DNA of 63,380 nt, filler included, from Cercozoa sp. M6MM (GCA_040357565.1; 9 parts of 9 records of this genome joined end to end with filler, not necessarily neighbours in it), one strand, 5' to 3'. Numbered from the whole stretch's first letter, positions 11,690 to 27,298 are shown. Notes: generated by a model from the letters alone, not told the origin. Made by a program: numbers and translations.

Positions 11690-12700
11690 GCTACGAGCTA
11701 CGAGCTACAAATACCTCAACACGACGCGAGCCGGGTGCGCCTGGGTGAATCAGCAACTTGGCGAGGCAGTGGGCCACGGCGATACCATCGTCGGACAGGG
11801 CGATTTCTCTTGTGCTACTTACATGTGACATGCACATGCACACATACATAGCAACACTTCAAGACAGCAGCGTACGCTCGCGCCTCGCCGATAAGACGAT
11901 TCTGCGCGACCTGATCGCAGCAACAACACAAGGTTGTAACACGAACATGGCCTGGTCTGGTTTGACCCGCTCTACCTCAATGTCGAGGGCATCGCAAAGC
12001 AGCTTCAGCGACGCGACGCGCCAGGTCATAAATTCCCTGACCTACACAACACGTGTCCAGCACGTGTCTTTTCCTCTCTCACATGCAGAGCACACTCACC
12101 ATGGCGCAGTAGATGTCGAGGCACTTGCGCTCGAACTCCGCCTTGCCTTGTGTTTTCGGTCTACACATTATTCCAAAATATAGTATATACAGATATATTA
12201 TGATAAATGCATATATTATATAACGTACACCAGCTGCGTGGCCTGCATGGTGGCCGAAGCGCGTGCACGTGCTGCCACATGCGCCGCAATCACCTCCTTG
12301 GTTGCATCTGTCTCTGCATCACCAGCAGCAGCAGCAGTGCCACTGTATTCGGCACTGTCGGGACCGTCGTCGTCGACGATGGAAACGTCGCGCATCGTCA
12401 CCGTCGGCGTGACACCCTGCCAGGCACGAAGTACCGCCTTGCGACGACTCGGCGGCACCCAGCTGAACATCAACAGGTTCTCACTGTACCGTCGTTGCCA
12501 CCACAACAGCTAACGGTACAACGGGTAACCGACAGCGTTGATGCGCAGTAAGCGAGTGACTTCGTCAAAAACCTGTATGCACACAGAAATGCAGGATATA
12601 CCTACCTGCCTGTAGCATGTAGGTGTCCTATTCGCTGGTGAGATACCTCGGCGTCGAAGGGAACGCCACGACACAATCGGCGGAACTTGGTGGTTCTGTT
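11690..12700 (-). CDS. Hypothetical multi-exon protein, 3' part
   Basis: Exons splice in frame: TTKFRRLCRGVPFDAE|VFDEVTRLLRINAVGYPF|ENLLMFSWVPP...|KAEFERKCLDIYCAM|VREFMTWRVASLKLLCDALDIE...; no family recognised. Confidence 0.45.
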
Positions 12701-12833
12701 GGTAGGCACTCGTACACACACACACACACACACNNNNNNNNNNNNNNNNNNNNNNNNNNNNNNNNNNNNNNNNNNNNTTAATTAATTAANNNNNNNNNNN
12801 NNNNNNNNNNNNNNNNNNNNNNNNNNNNNNNNN

Positions 12834-12889
<56 letters not shown>

Positions 12890-13417
12890 GCGGCGCTGCA
12901 GCGCTACCAAGAGCGAGACGGGACCGTTGACGATGGCGTGGTGCGACATGTAAGCCGCCAACGAGCGGCCAATCACATGGCACCCGGGGGGTTCATAGCC
13001 CTCCTGTGTCCAACAACACCAACGTGATCACTGTAAAGATGCGTCACATCGAGACGAGGCAACAAGGTAGGAGGATATGCGACCTCAACATGCGCAGCGT
13101 TTAATGGTGTGCCCCACCGCGCAGAGATCAACTCCCACAGATTGAACATTGCGCAAACTTTCAAATTGTTAGATCTAGCGCAGCGGCACACGCTGGCACT
13201 GCGCAAGACCCTGGTATGCACTTGATCAGTGATGGTTTTTCTGCGGCTACTGCAATCGTAGCCAACAACTCATGGACGGCTATTGTTGCTGCAGGTTGGT
13301 TCCGGGGCTGTTTGCTGACACCAGTGTACCCGACAGATTAAAAGACGCCGCGTAGCAATTTAAACTAAAAAATACTAAGCGAACCGAACTGAAGTGAACC
13401 CGAGACGAGTCGTCGGG

Positions 13418-15584
13418 CTACGGAATCGTGGACATCTGGCGCACGTTTGGACCGTCAGAGCTGTCGCTCTAACAAGTCAAACACACCAGTTAGACAGAGG
13501 GGCAAGGGAAGGGAGAGAGAAGCTACGCTGTTGGAATCCTCGAGTGAGTACTCCTCTCGAGAGCTACATGATGGGGATGAAAATGAGTAGAGAGGAGTGG
13601 ACTGAAGTACCTCTGGCAGGAGGCGCCTCTAGGTGACAACATGGCCACGGCCGAGTGTTCAATGAGTTCGGCGTCGTGTTTCTGCGCATCGAGGCGCAGC
13701 TGCTGGCGCACCGGGTCGAACCACTCGTGCGCCAGCGCTTGTCGGAAGGAGGCGCGTTGCTCGGGGTCCTTCTGCAGCAGCAGCGCGATCAGCGACTTGG
13801 CCTGCTCGCTGACATGCTTGTGCTCCCAGTGCGGTGCCTCCCACTGCGCAGATTGGTAGGTAGTAGGTAGGTAGGTGGATGGACAGATGGACATATATAT
13901 ATATATATAAACATATATATAGTGAAGTACATTAAGATCGGCGTGAAGCGTGCGATCAATGACCTGACTCTTGCTGCGACCATCGAAAGGCAGACGACCC
14001 GAGAGTAGCAGGTAGGCAATGCAGCCAATGCTCCACAGGTCGACCTTACTGCCGTAGCCTTTGAGTGTCAGTACCTCGGGTGCCACGTAGGTCAGCGTGC
14101 CACACGGCAGCGACATCAGGTCGAAGGGCGTGGCGAATTTGCTGAGGCCAAAGTCCGACAGTGCGATCGACGTGACATCACTCGCGTCCGACAACAACAC
14201 ATTCTCCGGCTTGAGGTCGCGGTGCACCACGCCACGCGAGTGCAGATAATGCACCACGTCCAGTAGCTTCCACACCACGATCTACCAGAACAGCAAGAGT
14301 AAGGGGTCGGGAGTATGGGGTATGGGGGGAGGCTAACCCTGGCAGTGTCCTCGTCAAGACATTTATCTGCCATACTTTGCAGCTTGTCGAACAGGTCGCC
14401 GCCTTTGAGTATCTGCAGAGCAAGAGTTCACCCTCCTCTTTACCGCCTTTACCCCCCAGGGTTACCCTCATGATGATGTAGATCTTGTCGCGTGTTTCGA
14501 AGGACTCGTAGAAGCGGCAAATACTCGGGTGTCGCAGCAGTTGCATTATGGCAATCTCCGTCTTCAGCGCCGCGTGCTCCTACGAGTTTAACCCCCTCTT
14601 TATCCCCTCTTACTCTCCGTTTACCCCCAGGTACCTGAGCATTGATGCGATGTTTGGCGATGATTTTGACAGCATAGCGTCGGCCGGTGGCTTTGTGCGT
14701 CGCCTCGTGCACTGACGAGAAGTGACCCTTGCCCAGTTCCGACCCTATCGTGTACTATAGGGGGAGGTAAATGTCGGAGGTAGGGGGGCAGGGGTAAAAC
14801 TGGCCATACGAACTGCTGCAACGGCGCCGTACGCGCAGCCATTCCTGCGGGGGGGGGGGGGGGAAACAAAGGGCGGGGTGGGGGGGGGGGGGAAAACTAC
14901 GCAAGGCCGCGATCCACTGCTCGCGCTCGCTCTCGCTGTCGGCCCAGAAAATCTTGGAGCGCTCCTGCTGCCGCTGCTGTGCGTGCTGCAACGCCTGCGC
15001 TGCCGCCTTTTGCTCCTTCTCATGCTGCTCCACCTCGGCCGTCTCCTGGGACACGGGAGGGGGTAAAAGCTAAAGGGTGGGGGGGGGGGGGGGTAAGGGA
15101 GGTACTGTCATCTCGGCCGACAGGAACGGAAACGTAATTCGAAACGGCAGTGAGCGTTCCTCTGAGGGGTATAGGGGTAGGGGGTGTGGGCGGGGGGGGG
15201 GGGGGGGGTGAAGGGCATACCAGGTGACCCGCGTCGACCGACACGTTCGACAAAGCAGCCGTCGATGAAGTAGACGCGCGACGGCGAGAGGTCCGTCTTG
15301 CGGCGGAACGAATACAGAAAGTGACCGCGCAGCACCAAGAAACGTCGCTGCATTCGGCCGAGTCGTTCGCCGCGCTTGCACAGGAAGCCACTCATACGCG
15401 TCAGATCACTCGTCGGGTCACCAGTCAGCTCACTCTTGCTCCGCGCGGACGCACTGCGTCGCCGTCGCGTCACCTTGACCGACACGGCCTCGGGTGGACC
15501 CTTGTGCTCCTCCGAGTGCTCCGACGTCATAGCGCTGCTGCTGTCCAAATCGAGTTGCAACGCCTCGAATGGACTCTGGAACTG
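13418..15584 (-). CDS. PH-domain-containing CAMK-group Ser/Thr protein kinase (5' truncated)
   Basis: PH domain (SGFLCKRG...QRRFLVLRGHFLYSF...WADSESEREQWIAALR), then kinase motifs LGKGHFSSV, AVK, HRDLKPEN, DFG, CGTLTYVAPE, DLWSIG. Confidence 0.92.
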
Positions 15585-15684
15585 NNNNNNNNNNNNNNNN
15601 NNNNNNNNNNNNNNNNNNNNNNNNNNNNTTAATTAATTAANNNNNNNNNNNNNNNNNNNNNNNNNNNNNNNNNNNNNNNNNNNN

Positions 15685-15728
<44 letters not shown>

Positions 15729-15733
15729 CTGCA

Positions 15734-16040
15734 GTAACTCGAGCAACCCGTCGTCGCTGGACCAGCTCGTGCCGAGTCAGGGGGTACTTGTGTCGATGGA
15801 CTGGCCGCGTCTGCTGGACTGGCTCGCGTACTGCGATACACACACTATATATAATATATATATATATATATGTTTATATATATCCGTATATATTTATTTA
15901 TTTATTTATAGTATGTATGTATCTAGCTATATATATATTGTATTTTTGTATGTATGTCTTGTGGCTGGACGACGCAGACGAGCACGGAAAGTCAAGGCTT
16001 TCCACGCGTGTCACCAGCTGTACAACTCCCTTGTTATGGG

Positions 16041-16080
<40 letters not shown>

Positions 16081-17430
16081 CTGCATGTGCGGCAGGTGCG
16101 TGGAGGTATGGAACCGCTTCAACGGGCAGCGCGCCTCGGTGCGGAAGGAGGTGCTGGCGCCGCACGTGCAGCGCCTGTCGGAGGAACTGTGCGCCGTCGT
16201 ATGCGCCGCCTTCGCCGTTGTGGTCACTCAGCAGGAGACTGCGGTGCCGCCGCCCTCTGCCTCCGAGGCACTGCGCTGGTCGCTCAACGCACTCCTGGTA
16301 CTTCCTGTCCGCCTCCCTCCCGGTCGCTAGCGGCCTGTTCAGTCATTGAGTGTGCTGTGTGACTTATGGCAGGAGTTGTTCTCGGTGCAGTCGCTGGCCG
16401 CCCTGGTGCCGCGCAGTTCGCTGGAGGTCATTGTCTCCGATATGCTGCTGTTCCTGGTGTCGCCGCGACTGCGTGAGGAGGTACCCTCTGTGTATGTATG
16501 GGGAGGTAGAGGTAGGTAGGTAGATCCATATGCTGCCTGTGTGGCGTGTATTGTGTGCAGTCGCAGAAGGGCACCCAGGCGCATGTGAAGGACGCGCGGC
16601 GTGTGACGCAGACGCTGAACCGACTGTTGCTCAAGGTGCTGCAGTACAGCACGCGCACCTGGATGTTCCTCGCGCTCATTGCGCTGCTGCGACGTGAGCG
16701 AGGTGAGTTTTACCGCCCTCCCTCCCCCCCATGTAGATGCACGCTTGGACAGACGATACGGACGACGCGAGCAAGAAGTACTCACGGCCATTCACGCGCA
16801 TCGTGCACCACTGTCACCGCAAGCTGTGCGACCTGCTGAAGCGCAACGTGTCGCGCGTGCAGGTCGTGCCGCTGCTGCGTGCACTGGACGCCTTCTTCGA
16901 GGCTCGCAGCGGCGTGCTTGACAGCGTGTCGGCTCGTCCGACCAAGGCGCATGGTGTGTCTGTGTCTGTGTGTGTGTTGGAGAGTCTGTGTTTGAGTATG
17001 TGTGTGTGTATGTGTGCCTTGTGTCGAGGTGCAGAGTCGGCTATGATGCTGGTGCAGACGCTGGTGGAGTCAATGTCGCCGCAGGAACTCGAGCAGGCGC
17101 TGCAGGAGGCCGTGTCGGATGAGGTAGGTGTCTATTGTGAGGACACAGCTGGCCTGTCATGTGGAGTGCTGCGGGTGTAGGAGCAACTGCACCTGGGCGT
17201 GCGGCACTACGTGCAGCAGGTGCAGCAGGGTAGTCTCACTCACAGTCACTCCAGCCACCATCGCCTTGCCAGTCACGACAGCAGCGCCATCAACAGCACG
17301 GTCAACACGAGCGTCAACTCGAGTATCAACACCAGCGTCTTTGACCAGAGTGCCTCGCGTGTCAACACGGCGCACACGACGCCGGTGCGACACCCACAAC
17401 TACAACGGCAACAACAGCAGCAGCAGCAGC

Positions 17431-17462
<32 letters not shown>

Positions 17463-18395
17463 AGGCATCGGCAGTCGCCCAAGAGTCACGACGTGATCGA
17501 CTCCTCGCAACTGGACTCGCTCACTAGCATGAACCTCAGGTGTGTTCTGCCTGTATGTTTATATGTGAAAACATTAACATATATGTTTACATGTTATATA
17601 TATATATATATATCTGTATATTTGTGTATGTTTGAGCAGCAGCAGCAGCGTCGGTGCGCACCCGAGTGCCTCGCCGACCGTTAGTGAGTTCCAAAGGCGT
17701 CTGCAGCGCATCGGTAGAGTGCGTGTATGTATGTGTGTATGTGTGTGTATGTGTGTATGTGTATGTGTATGTGTATGTTATGCGTGCGTGTGTGTGTGTG
17801 TGTATGTGTGCGTGTCTTAAACACAGGTGTGTCGCCGATGAAGCAGTCGCCTCAGTCGAGGGCAAGAGCGAGTCCGAGGTCAGAGCAGCACGAGCAGCAC
17901 GCCATCCTGCAGCCCGTGCAGCAGCAGCAGCGCCCATCCACACCGACCGATGACGCCGACGTCTTGGATGCCCGGCAGGCCGAGGTACCTGCATGTCTCT
18001 GTCTCTGTGTTGGTGTCTGGGTAATGCTACCCCCCTTCCCCGCAGGCACGCGTGGAGCAGCTGATCGACGAGTTGCTGCACGACCCGTCGGCCTGTATGG
18101 CGTCGCACGGCGCTCGTTTGAAAGCACTGTCCGCAAGGTTCAGGTACCCTGTCTGTCAGTTTGTGTGTGCATGTGTGTGTGCATGTGTGTTCCACTGTGT
18201 ACCCGTGCAGCGACTCTGTCGTGCAGCGCGTGTTTGAGCGGCGTTCTGACATCTCGCGCACGCGGCGCGACTTCGTGCGGCGTCAGGTAGCTGTCTGCCC
18301 CCCTCCTGTGTGCGTGTGTGTGTGTGTGATGTGCCTGACTGACTGATTGACTGATTGACTGACTGATTGACTGATTGACTGACTGATTGACTAAA

Positions 18396-18454
<59 letters not shown>

Positions 18455-19017
18455 GGAGTTATCGCGTATGGTGATGTGTGCAGCAGCCGCGACCGACGGA
18501 GCAGTTACGCAGTTTCTCGGAGCGTCTGGGCGCGCTCAGTTCGCGTGCCGTGTCGTCCGACTCTGTCGTGTAGCTTGCTTGCTTCCTCTCTATCTATCCC
18601 CCCCCCCCCCAGTAGGAGGGATTGGAAGCTACTATGAATTTAACGAGTGTACATGTGATCGGCAGAACTCCGAACGTTGCACGCAACACCTCGCTGACAC
18701 GAGCGCAAAACGATGCCGTCTCTCCGAGACTCAAGTACCTACCTCCAATTGGACATACATGTGTAGCATGACTGATGTGCTCTGTGTCTGTGCTTGGCTC
18801 GAGCAGTCAGTCCTTCAGTTCGCTGTCGCTGCGTGAGTCGCCGCGCCGCGTGCCGGTGCCTCCTCCTGCCGAGCCAGTCACGGACAATCACGGTGCCACT
18901 GCCGCCACCAGCAGTCGCAGCGGCAGCACCGGGAACACCAGCGACAGCAGCGGTGTCGCGACGCTCGATTACTTCCGCCAACGCGTGCAGCACCTCACCA
19001 GTCCTGCTAAGCAATAG
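15734..19017 (+). CDS. XMAP215/Dis1-family microtubule polymerase (MOR1/CKAP5-like), C-terminal part
   Basis: SLNALLELFSVQSLA...MLLFLVSPRL...QTLNRLLLKVLQYSTRTWMFLALIALLR...FTRIVHHCHRKL...LLRALDAFF and the terminal TLDYFRQRV resemble the MOR1/ch-TOG C-terminal region; contains a poly-Q linker. Confidence 0.72.
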
Positions 19018-19073
19018 TGGCTACTAGCGTGGCGTTGATTCCGTTTTGGTTAGTTAGTTGAGTCTTATAACTG

Positions 19074-19553
19074 TGTAGTTACCCTGCACCAGTCCGGAGT
19101 GGTTCACAAGAGCATGTCTACCGTCCGCTTAGGGTAGGACCATAACTCACTTGGTGTCAGACTGCGAGAACTTACGGTAGCGCTACTAGCGTAGTGTTCC
19201 CTGACGAACGCAGGCCAGTTGATGGCGAAATTTTGTTCGTTCAGTTTAAAAAATGATCGCGTCGGCGAAAAAAAAGGAAGCAACTGTTAAAGGACAGCTA
19301 GCCCTGGATCGAAACCCCGACATATACACACTAGGCCACCACTCACAGCAATGGCCTAAATGTCCATTTGTTTTTTAGTTTTTCGAGTGGAGGAATTCGG
19401 ACGGGACGACCGGACATCTCTCTCCTGGTAGCCCGCTACCTGCGCCAACGTCTGGGGAACGTCAAAAGGGGAAATCGTACGTATAGTCCAACCCTGGCCT
19501 AAGCTGGTGGTAGACTCGAACATGCTCTTGTGGCCACCCCAAACTGAACTACA
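19074..19553. repeat. Degenerate ~70-bp inverted repeat pair (19074-19145 / 19482-19553), MITE-like or fold-back
   Basis: GTGGTTCACAAGAGCATGTCTACCGTCCGCTTAGGGTAGGAC aligns with the reverse complement of the right arm, GTGGCCACAAGAGCATGTTCGAGTCTACCACCAGCTTAGGCCAGGGTTGGAC. Confidence 0.65.
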
Positions 19554-19667
19554 TAGGCGGTTTCCTGTGAGATCGCTCGAAGCGCAGTCATGTATCCGAT
19601 ATGTACGACGATACGGTACCGGTGCAGCTCCGCACGGGCAGAATCAGTACTGTCTTCTTCGCAATCG

Positions 19668-21808
<2,141 letters not shown>

Positions 21809-22261
21809 CGCGTGTGGTCGCCGTCTGCCAATAAGCAAAGGAAATCTTACAAGAAGGGATAGATATTGGCACGCACTCGCATTTCAAAGTGAACAAAAAT
21901 TAGATTGTCACACTGTCCACGCTCTGTCGTGACGGCGTGTGGATAACACCTCCAGCGCGTTGCTTGTACCCAATCTGCTATACGAACGGCTCTAGACTCT
22001 ACGCGCTATGCCCGATAACCGATCATTAAACGGTCGCAGTTAAGCCGATAAATCAAACTTAAATCACTATTAAGAGTGCACTTGTGATGCCTATTAACTA
22101 AATTGGACTGATGTTTGGCAGTCTACGCTACCCTTTCCTTGTCTTCAGTTGTTGTTACGCCTTGGTCTCGCACTGGTCGTTGTCAACGCACCTTTGTTTG
22201 ACTCCGATGATGTGTACTACTACTACTTTCCCTGTTCTGAAGGGGGGGTCTCCGACGCCGC

Positions 22262-22711
22262 TTAGAGTGCCTCGTCATCATCGGAGTCAAAGGCAAAGTC
22301 GCCTGCACCACTCTGTTGAACAAACACACAAACACGGGCATCTGAGTAGCGCAGAGTTTGATTGTGTTGCTGTATGAAATAATACGCTCGCACTGGCCGA
22401 CGGTCCCTTTGTTGCAGATGCTCCGGCTGTTGGCTTCTAAAGGCGTTAACAGACATACATCCAGACACACAAGACATAGATTTGAGTATAGGCACAAGTA
22501 CTGCAGTCGCGGTGGATGTGGCACTGTCGGTGACTGTCGGGTATGGCCGTGGCTGCTGCTGCTGCGCGCCCTAAATGACATACACACCGGACATCGCATA
22601 CAGAGCATGGCACGCTCAGTGTGTGTTCGGACATCCCCGGCATACCGGTGCAAAAAAGCTCGCTTTCTTTGCATGTGGTTCATCCTGTACAGAAAGACAA
22701 ACCTAATCTCA

Positions 22712-22769
<58 letters not shown>

Positions 22770-22828
22770 AAAGGAGACAGGTAGGAACACGTACCACTGG
22801 AGGTGCAGCGGCAGGCCTCTTTTGTCCC

Positions 22829-22879
<51 letters not shown>

Positions 22880-22889
22880 NNNNNNNNNN

Positions 22890-22941
<52 letters not shown>

Positions 22942-23337
22942 ACACACACACANNNNNNNNNNNNNNNNNNNNNNNNNNNNNNNNNNNNNNNNNNNNNNNN
23001 NNNNNNNNNNNNNNNNNNNNNNNNNNNNNNNNNNNNNNNNNNNNNNNNNNNNACACACACACACACAAAGGATACACACACATACACACACACAAAGGAT
23101 ACACAGGATACACAGAGAAGACATGCACATCCTGTCCGAAGCTACCTTGATGGAATCGCCTCTTGAGCGCATGCGTGCGTCGCCAAAGCCAACGTCCTGA
23201 ACTCACGGAACCAAAGTCAACGGGAAAGAAAAAAGGTGCGAAGAATGCACAAAAGAGGAAACGCACTTCGTGGTAGGTGCCGTCGCGCAATGTCACTTTC
23301 ACCAGTGCCGTCACTCCAACTACACACGCGACACATG

Positions 23338-23370
<33 letters not shown>

Positions 23371-23983
23371 GGTGTGGTTGCTGCAGCTGCTGTAGTACCG
23401 CAAAAGTAGCCACTGCTGCGCTCCATGTAGTCAAGCGACAGGTCGCTCACGGAACTCGACCAGTTGAAAGGCGAGAAGATGTCATTGGCCTGTGAGAGTC
23501 GTCGAGTGGTAGTATTGCCCCACAAAAAAAGTAAGTACAGAAACGCACTAGGTCAATGACGCGATGGCCCTCCAGATACGCAAGTTTTTGTCCACCTGGA
23601 CCCTGCACATTAATGCAAGGCAGGTACACAGTCAAGGTGCAGGTCAAGTACCATGCGCGTGCTGATCATGCTGATGGGCAGCTTCTGCCGCAGCAGCTCC
23701 TGCACATGGGTGCGTGCGTTGCTACCTGCAAGACCGTAAACGTCAAGGTCACGTGTACCTGCATTCGGCGTCGCTCCTGCGGCGAGAAACTAAAGCGTGA
23801 CGTGAACGCATTTTCGAACATTAACCTATGCACAAACAGCGTCGTGGGACCAACAACCATGCGCAACTCAGAATACCTGTTGGCTTCATTTTCCGCGGTG
23901 TTGGCTGCTTCATCTTGCGGGGTATCTTCTGCTTCGTTCGGGGTGGCTTGCGCCGGAGTCTGTTGCGTCTGGGGGTCGCTCAT
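22262..23983 (-). CDS. RAD52: DNA repair/recombination protein Rad52
   Basis: Spliced: ISTRMGPGGQKLAYLEGHRVIDLANDIFSPFNWSSSV...VGVTALVKVTLRDGTYHEDVGFG, the Rad52 N-terminal domain. One exon is probably lost in the N gap at 22953-23052. Confidence 0.92.
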
Positions 23984-24362
23984 TATTACTCACGGTCAAC
24001 GAAACCAACCGTTTGGTTTTTTGAGTGCTTGGTCCAAAATGTTGCTCCGTTCAAATGCCAACTCCGCACACGTTTGGGTGGTAGCTCACCTACGCAACCC
24101 GCACACACAGGGTGCCAAAAGGTAGATCGAGAAAAATGGCGGGGCTCAAGCCCGCCGAGTGCTGCTCGAACGAGCTCGTCTTGTCGGTACTCTTGGTACA
24201 ACCAGACTTAGCCGCCGCCTCACACTTGTACAATAGTATCTGTACTACATTTGACACAGTGCCTCAGTGTGCTGAAACAAGGTATCGTTCAGGTGTGCCG
24301 CACAAAGTTGTCTCACGCACACGGGACCCGAATTTGTTATAAATGATTTTTTGTTGGCAGGC

Positions 24363-25270
24363 ATGTCAGGCGAGAAACGCCGCGTCCTGGTGGTCCCTGC
24401 CAAGGACGGCGGTTTGCGGGCACCGTTGCAGCTGGTAAAGCTGCGACATTGGCGGCAACGAGAGGCTTGGTTTGGAGTTTACGACAGTGACACTGAGTGC
24501 ACGATCATGGAGCTTACGCGGCACAAGAGAACTCCTGCCTCGCTGTTCATTGGGAATCGTGAGTCTTCCGCTGCATTGGTTTTTAGCAGTTCTCTGCAAT
24601 ATGTCTTTGGTGTTTCACTCGCAGACGTGGTGAGGGACGGCGCCGTCTATCTGCTGGCGCCGGTGGACGTATGCTTCCTGCTGTTGAGCTCGCTGGACGC
24701 GCAGAAGCAAGTCGACGATGTGTCGCGCTTGCTGCAGCTGCTGCCTCGCGGACCATTTGTGCAGCGTGCCGACCGCATTGCTGACGTAGGTTTTTGGTCA
24801 TCCGCTGGTGTGCCCAGTCGCAGCTATGTCTTTGCTGTGTGTACCGCCATGTCCAGCTGAGAGAAGTCGACGGAGACCTGCTGCTGAGTCTCAACGAGGG
24901 TAAGGTGGCGCAGTGGCTACAGAGCAAAGTCGACACACTGCGACAGTCGAGTCGTACGCTTGATGTTCTGCACCTGTCCTACGTAACATATGTCAGTGTG
25001 GTTTGGTCGCTGCAGTCAAGTGCATCGAAAGACTCAGTTCGCAGGCGGACAAAACCGCCATGGCTGTCGGAATCGTCGGCGAGTACCTGTCTGCGGCGAG
25101 GTACTTTTCTATGACACTCACACACACACACACCACACACACACAATTCATTTGTGCAGGGCAGAGGCGTTGAAAAAGACCTTTGGTGTCACAAGGCAGA
25201 CAACGGCAGCGTCCAGGAGCGATGCCGTCGCCGGTGCCAAGAGAAGCAAGCGTAATGATGCTTGTAGTTC

Positions 25271-25302
<32 letters not shown>

Positions 25303-25641
25303 GTGTGTGTGTGTAGCTGCGCTGGGTGCCTTCGACGCCAAGGATTTGGAAGGCGCAGGCCGAACACCTGACAACCCGTTCTTTGAGGTACCTGCTCATG
25401 CATGATGGTCTGTTTGCTCTATCTCGTCTCTGCTGATCTGCCGGAGTGGGGCTATCTAGGAGCAAGAACCCGAAGCCAAGAAGTCAAAAAAGAACACACC
25501 TTCTGCCGCACAGAAGCGCCTGCAGAAGATCAGCCGTTCCGCAAAGAGTACGGCGGTCTGCCTTTTTGTTGTGCGAGCTCATGCATCTGTGCCTTTTCAG
25601 GCTCAAACAAGTCGCTGCTTTCATTCTTCAAGAAGAAGTGA
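24363..25641 (+). CDS. RNASEH2B: Ribonuclease H2 subunit B
   Basis: LVKLRH...IMEL...SLFIGN|HVVRDGAVYLLAPVDVCFLLL, LSLNEGKVAQWLQSKV, and a C-terminal PIP-box-like NKSLLSFFKKK. Confidence 0.85.
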
Positions 25642-25968
25642 TGTGCTGGCACAGATTTCCTTCTCGTCTCCTCTACGTCTCATGCGCTGAATAGCGACGG
25701 TACCAGTACGACAGTGGTTGAATATCGAACTGCGGTTTAGTGCCTCTCCGTTAGCGCTCACGTGACCGCAACGTAAATGGATACCGCCACCTGGCCATGG
25801 GAACGAACACGACGTAGTTTCAGTTGGTTTGTTGCGTTGGTTTTCCTACTGCTTCAGCCAGAGACCAAACTAACTAACTCACTAACAACCAGACGAGACT
25901 GCGACAGGACAGAGCATCGGCATCACCCGGCTCAGGAATAGTTTCGCCCGGGTTCGCGTCGCTTGCGT

Positions 25969-26042
25969 CTAAGGAGTCTCCGCAGCCTGAGGCTGTTCTG
26001 TTTTTGGTTGAGCCACTCCCACAGCGGTGCCTGTCGACACAC

Positions 26043-26114
<72 letters not shown>

Positions 26115-26697
26115 TTAAACTACAGTGCTATGGTGATACCGCTGGGGGAAGGCGCCGGTTGCTTTGACCCTTCCTGCGTTTCTTCGACAAGCTCAGTGTC
26201 CGTGCGTTGCAGTTTCGCCGGCTCGCCCAACGATTGCCCGCGACAGGTACCTGTTGGGTTTGTCGAGTCAGCAAGGCACTCGACCGCTTCACCTTCCGTC
26301 TTGCCGCTAGTATCACGTTTCCACCAACCTGAAAACCAACGCGCTCCCCACCAGCTACTCTGAGACGTTGGTGCGCCAGAGGTTTCGGCTTCAGTGGACT
26401 TTGTTCCCTCTAAAGTCTCTGCAGCTGGGGTCGGCGCTTCGACACGAGGTCGTTTAGTTGGAGGTTCGTCCGACTCGGGTGGTTGCTGCGGAATTGTGAC
26501 CGGTTTCTGCGGGGTTTCAACCGGTTTCTGCGGGCGTGCGACCGTTTCTGTGGCCTCCCGCGTTACGGAAGCGAGCACTTCTGCGGCACTTGCGAACAGC
26601 GTCACTGTTTTTCAAAGTAAAACGACAGTTTTCCACAATACACAGCGACGAACAAAAACCGGAGAACCCCTGTCATACCTGCTAGTAGAAGCTTCAT
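25969..26697 (-). CDS. Small secreted Pro/Thr/Glu-rich protein
   Basis: MKLLLA|VTLFASAAEVLA signal-peptide-like start across an intron; PQKPVETPQKPVT repeats. Confidence 0.5.
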
Positions 26698-27298
26698 TTG
26701 GGTTCAGCACGAAAGTACACGATATTTCAGCACAACTGAGGCGTCGCGAAACACAAAACGGCACAAAATATGGAGACGAAATTTGTAAATATATTCGGAC
26801 TTTGCCCATCCACGCGTGGTTCACACGTGCTGGTATGGAATGACACGACATCGCATGCTTCTCAGTGCGTCGCATGCCCACTAGTTGATGTATAAAAGCT
26901 CGGGCGGCTGTAGACGTACATATCATATAAATTTACGTCGCGTTACTCGCGTATCAGTGAGGCAATTTCCACCGCACCCGGTTGACCGGACGGACGTGCG
27001 TATTTCTATGAGGCCGGGAACCTGCCTCTTTCGCAGTTCAAGCGACCCAAACTATGACAGCAGGTTTGCTTCGCTTTGCAAAGGCATTGTGCCTAACGTA
27101 AGCGAAGTTACTGTCGTGTGACTTTGCGGAACGTCAAAATAAGCGCGATACCGTACTGATAAGTTAGAAAAATCACTGCAGGCAATTGCATTCAGTTGGA
27201 GAGCAAGCATTCTTGCCACTGCCGTATCGCACGCCTAGTCGAGTGCGTACAATCTGCGGTGCGTGAGCATCACATGCACTCGTGCTGCCCGCATTGCA

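Noticed and set aside
12834-13300. Possible 5' exons of another minus-strand gene
   Set aside because: No consistent start or family could be established before the contig break.
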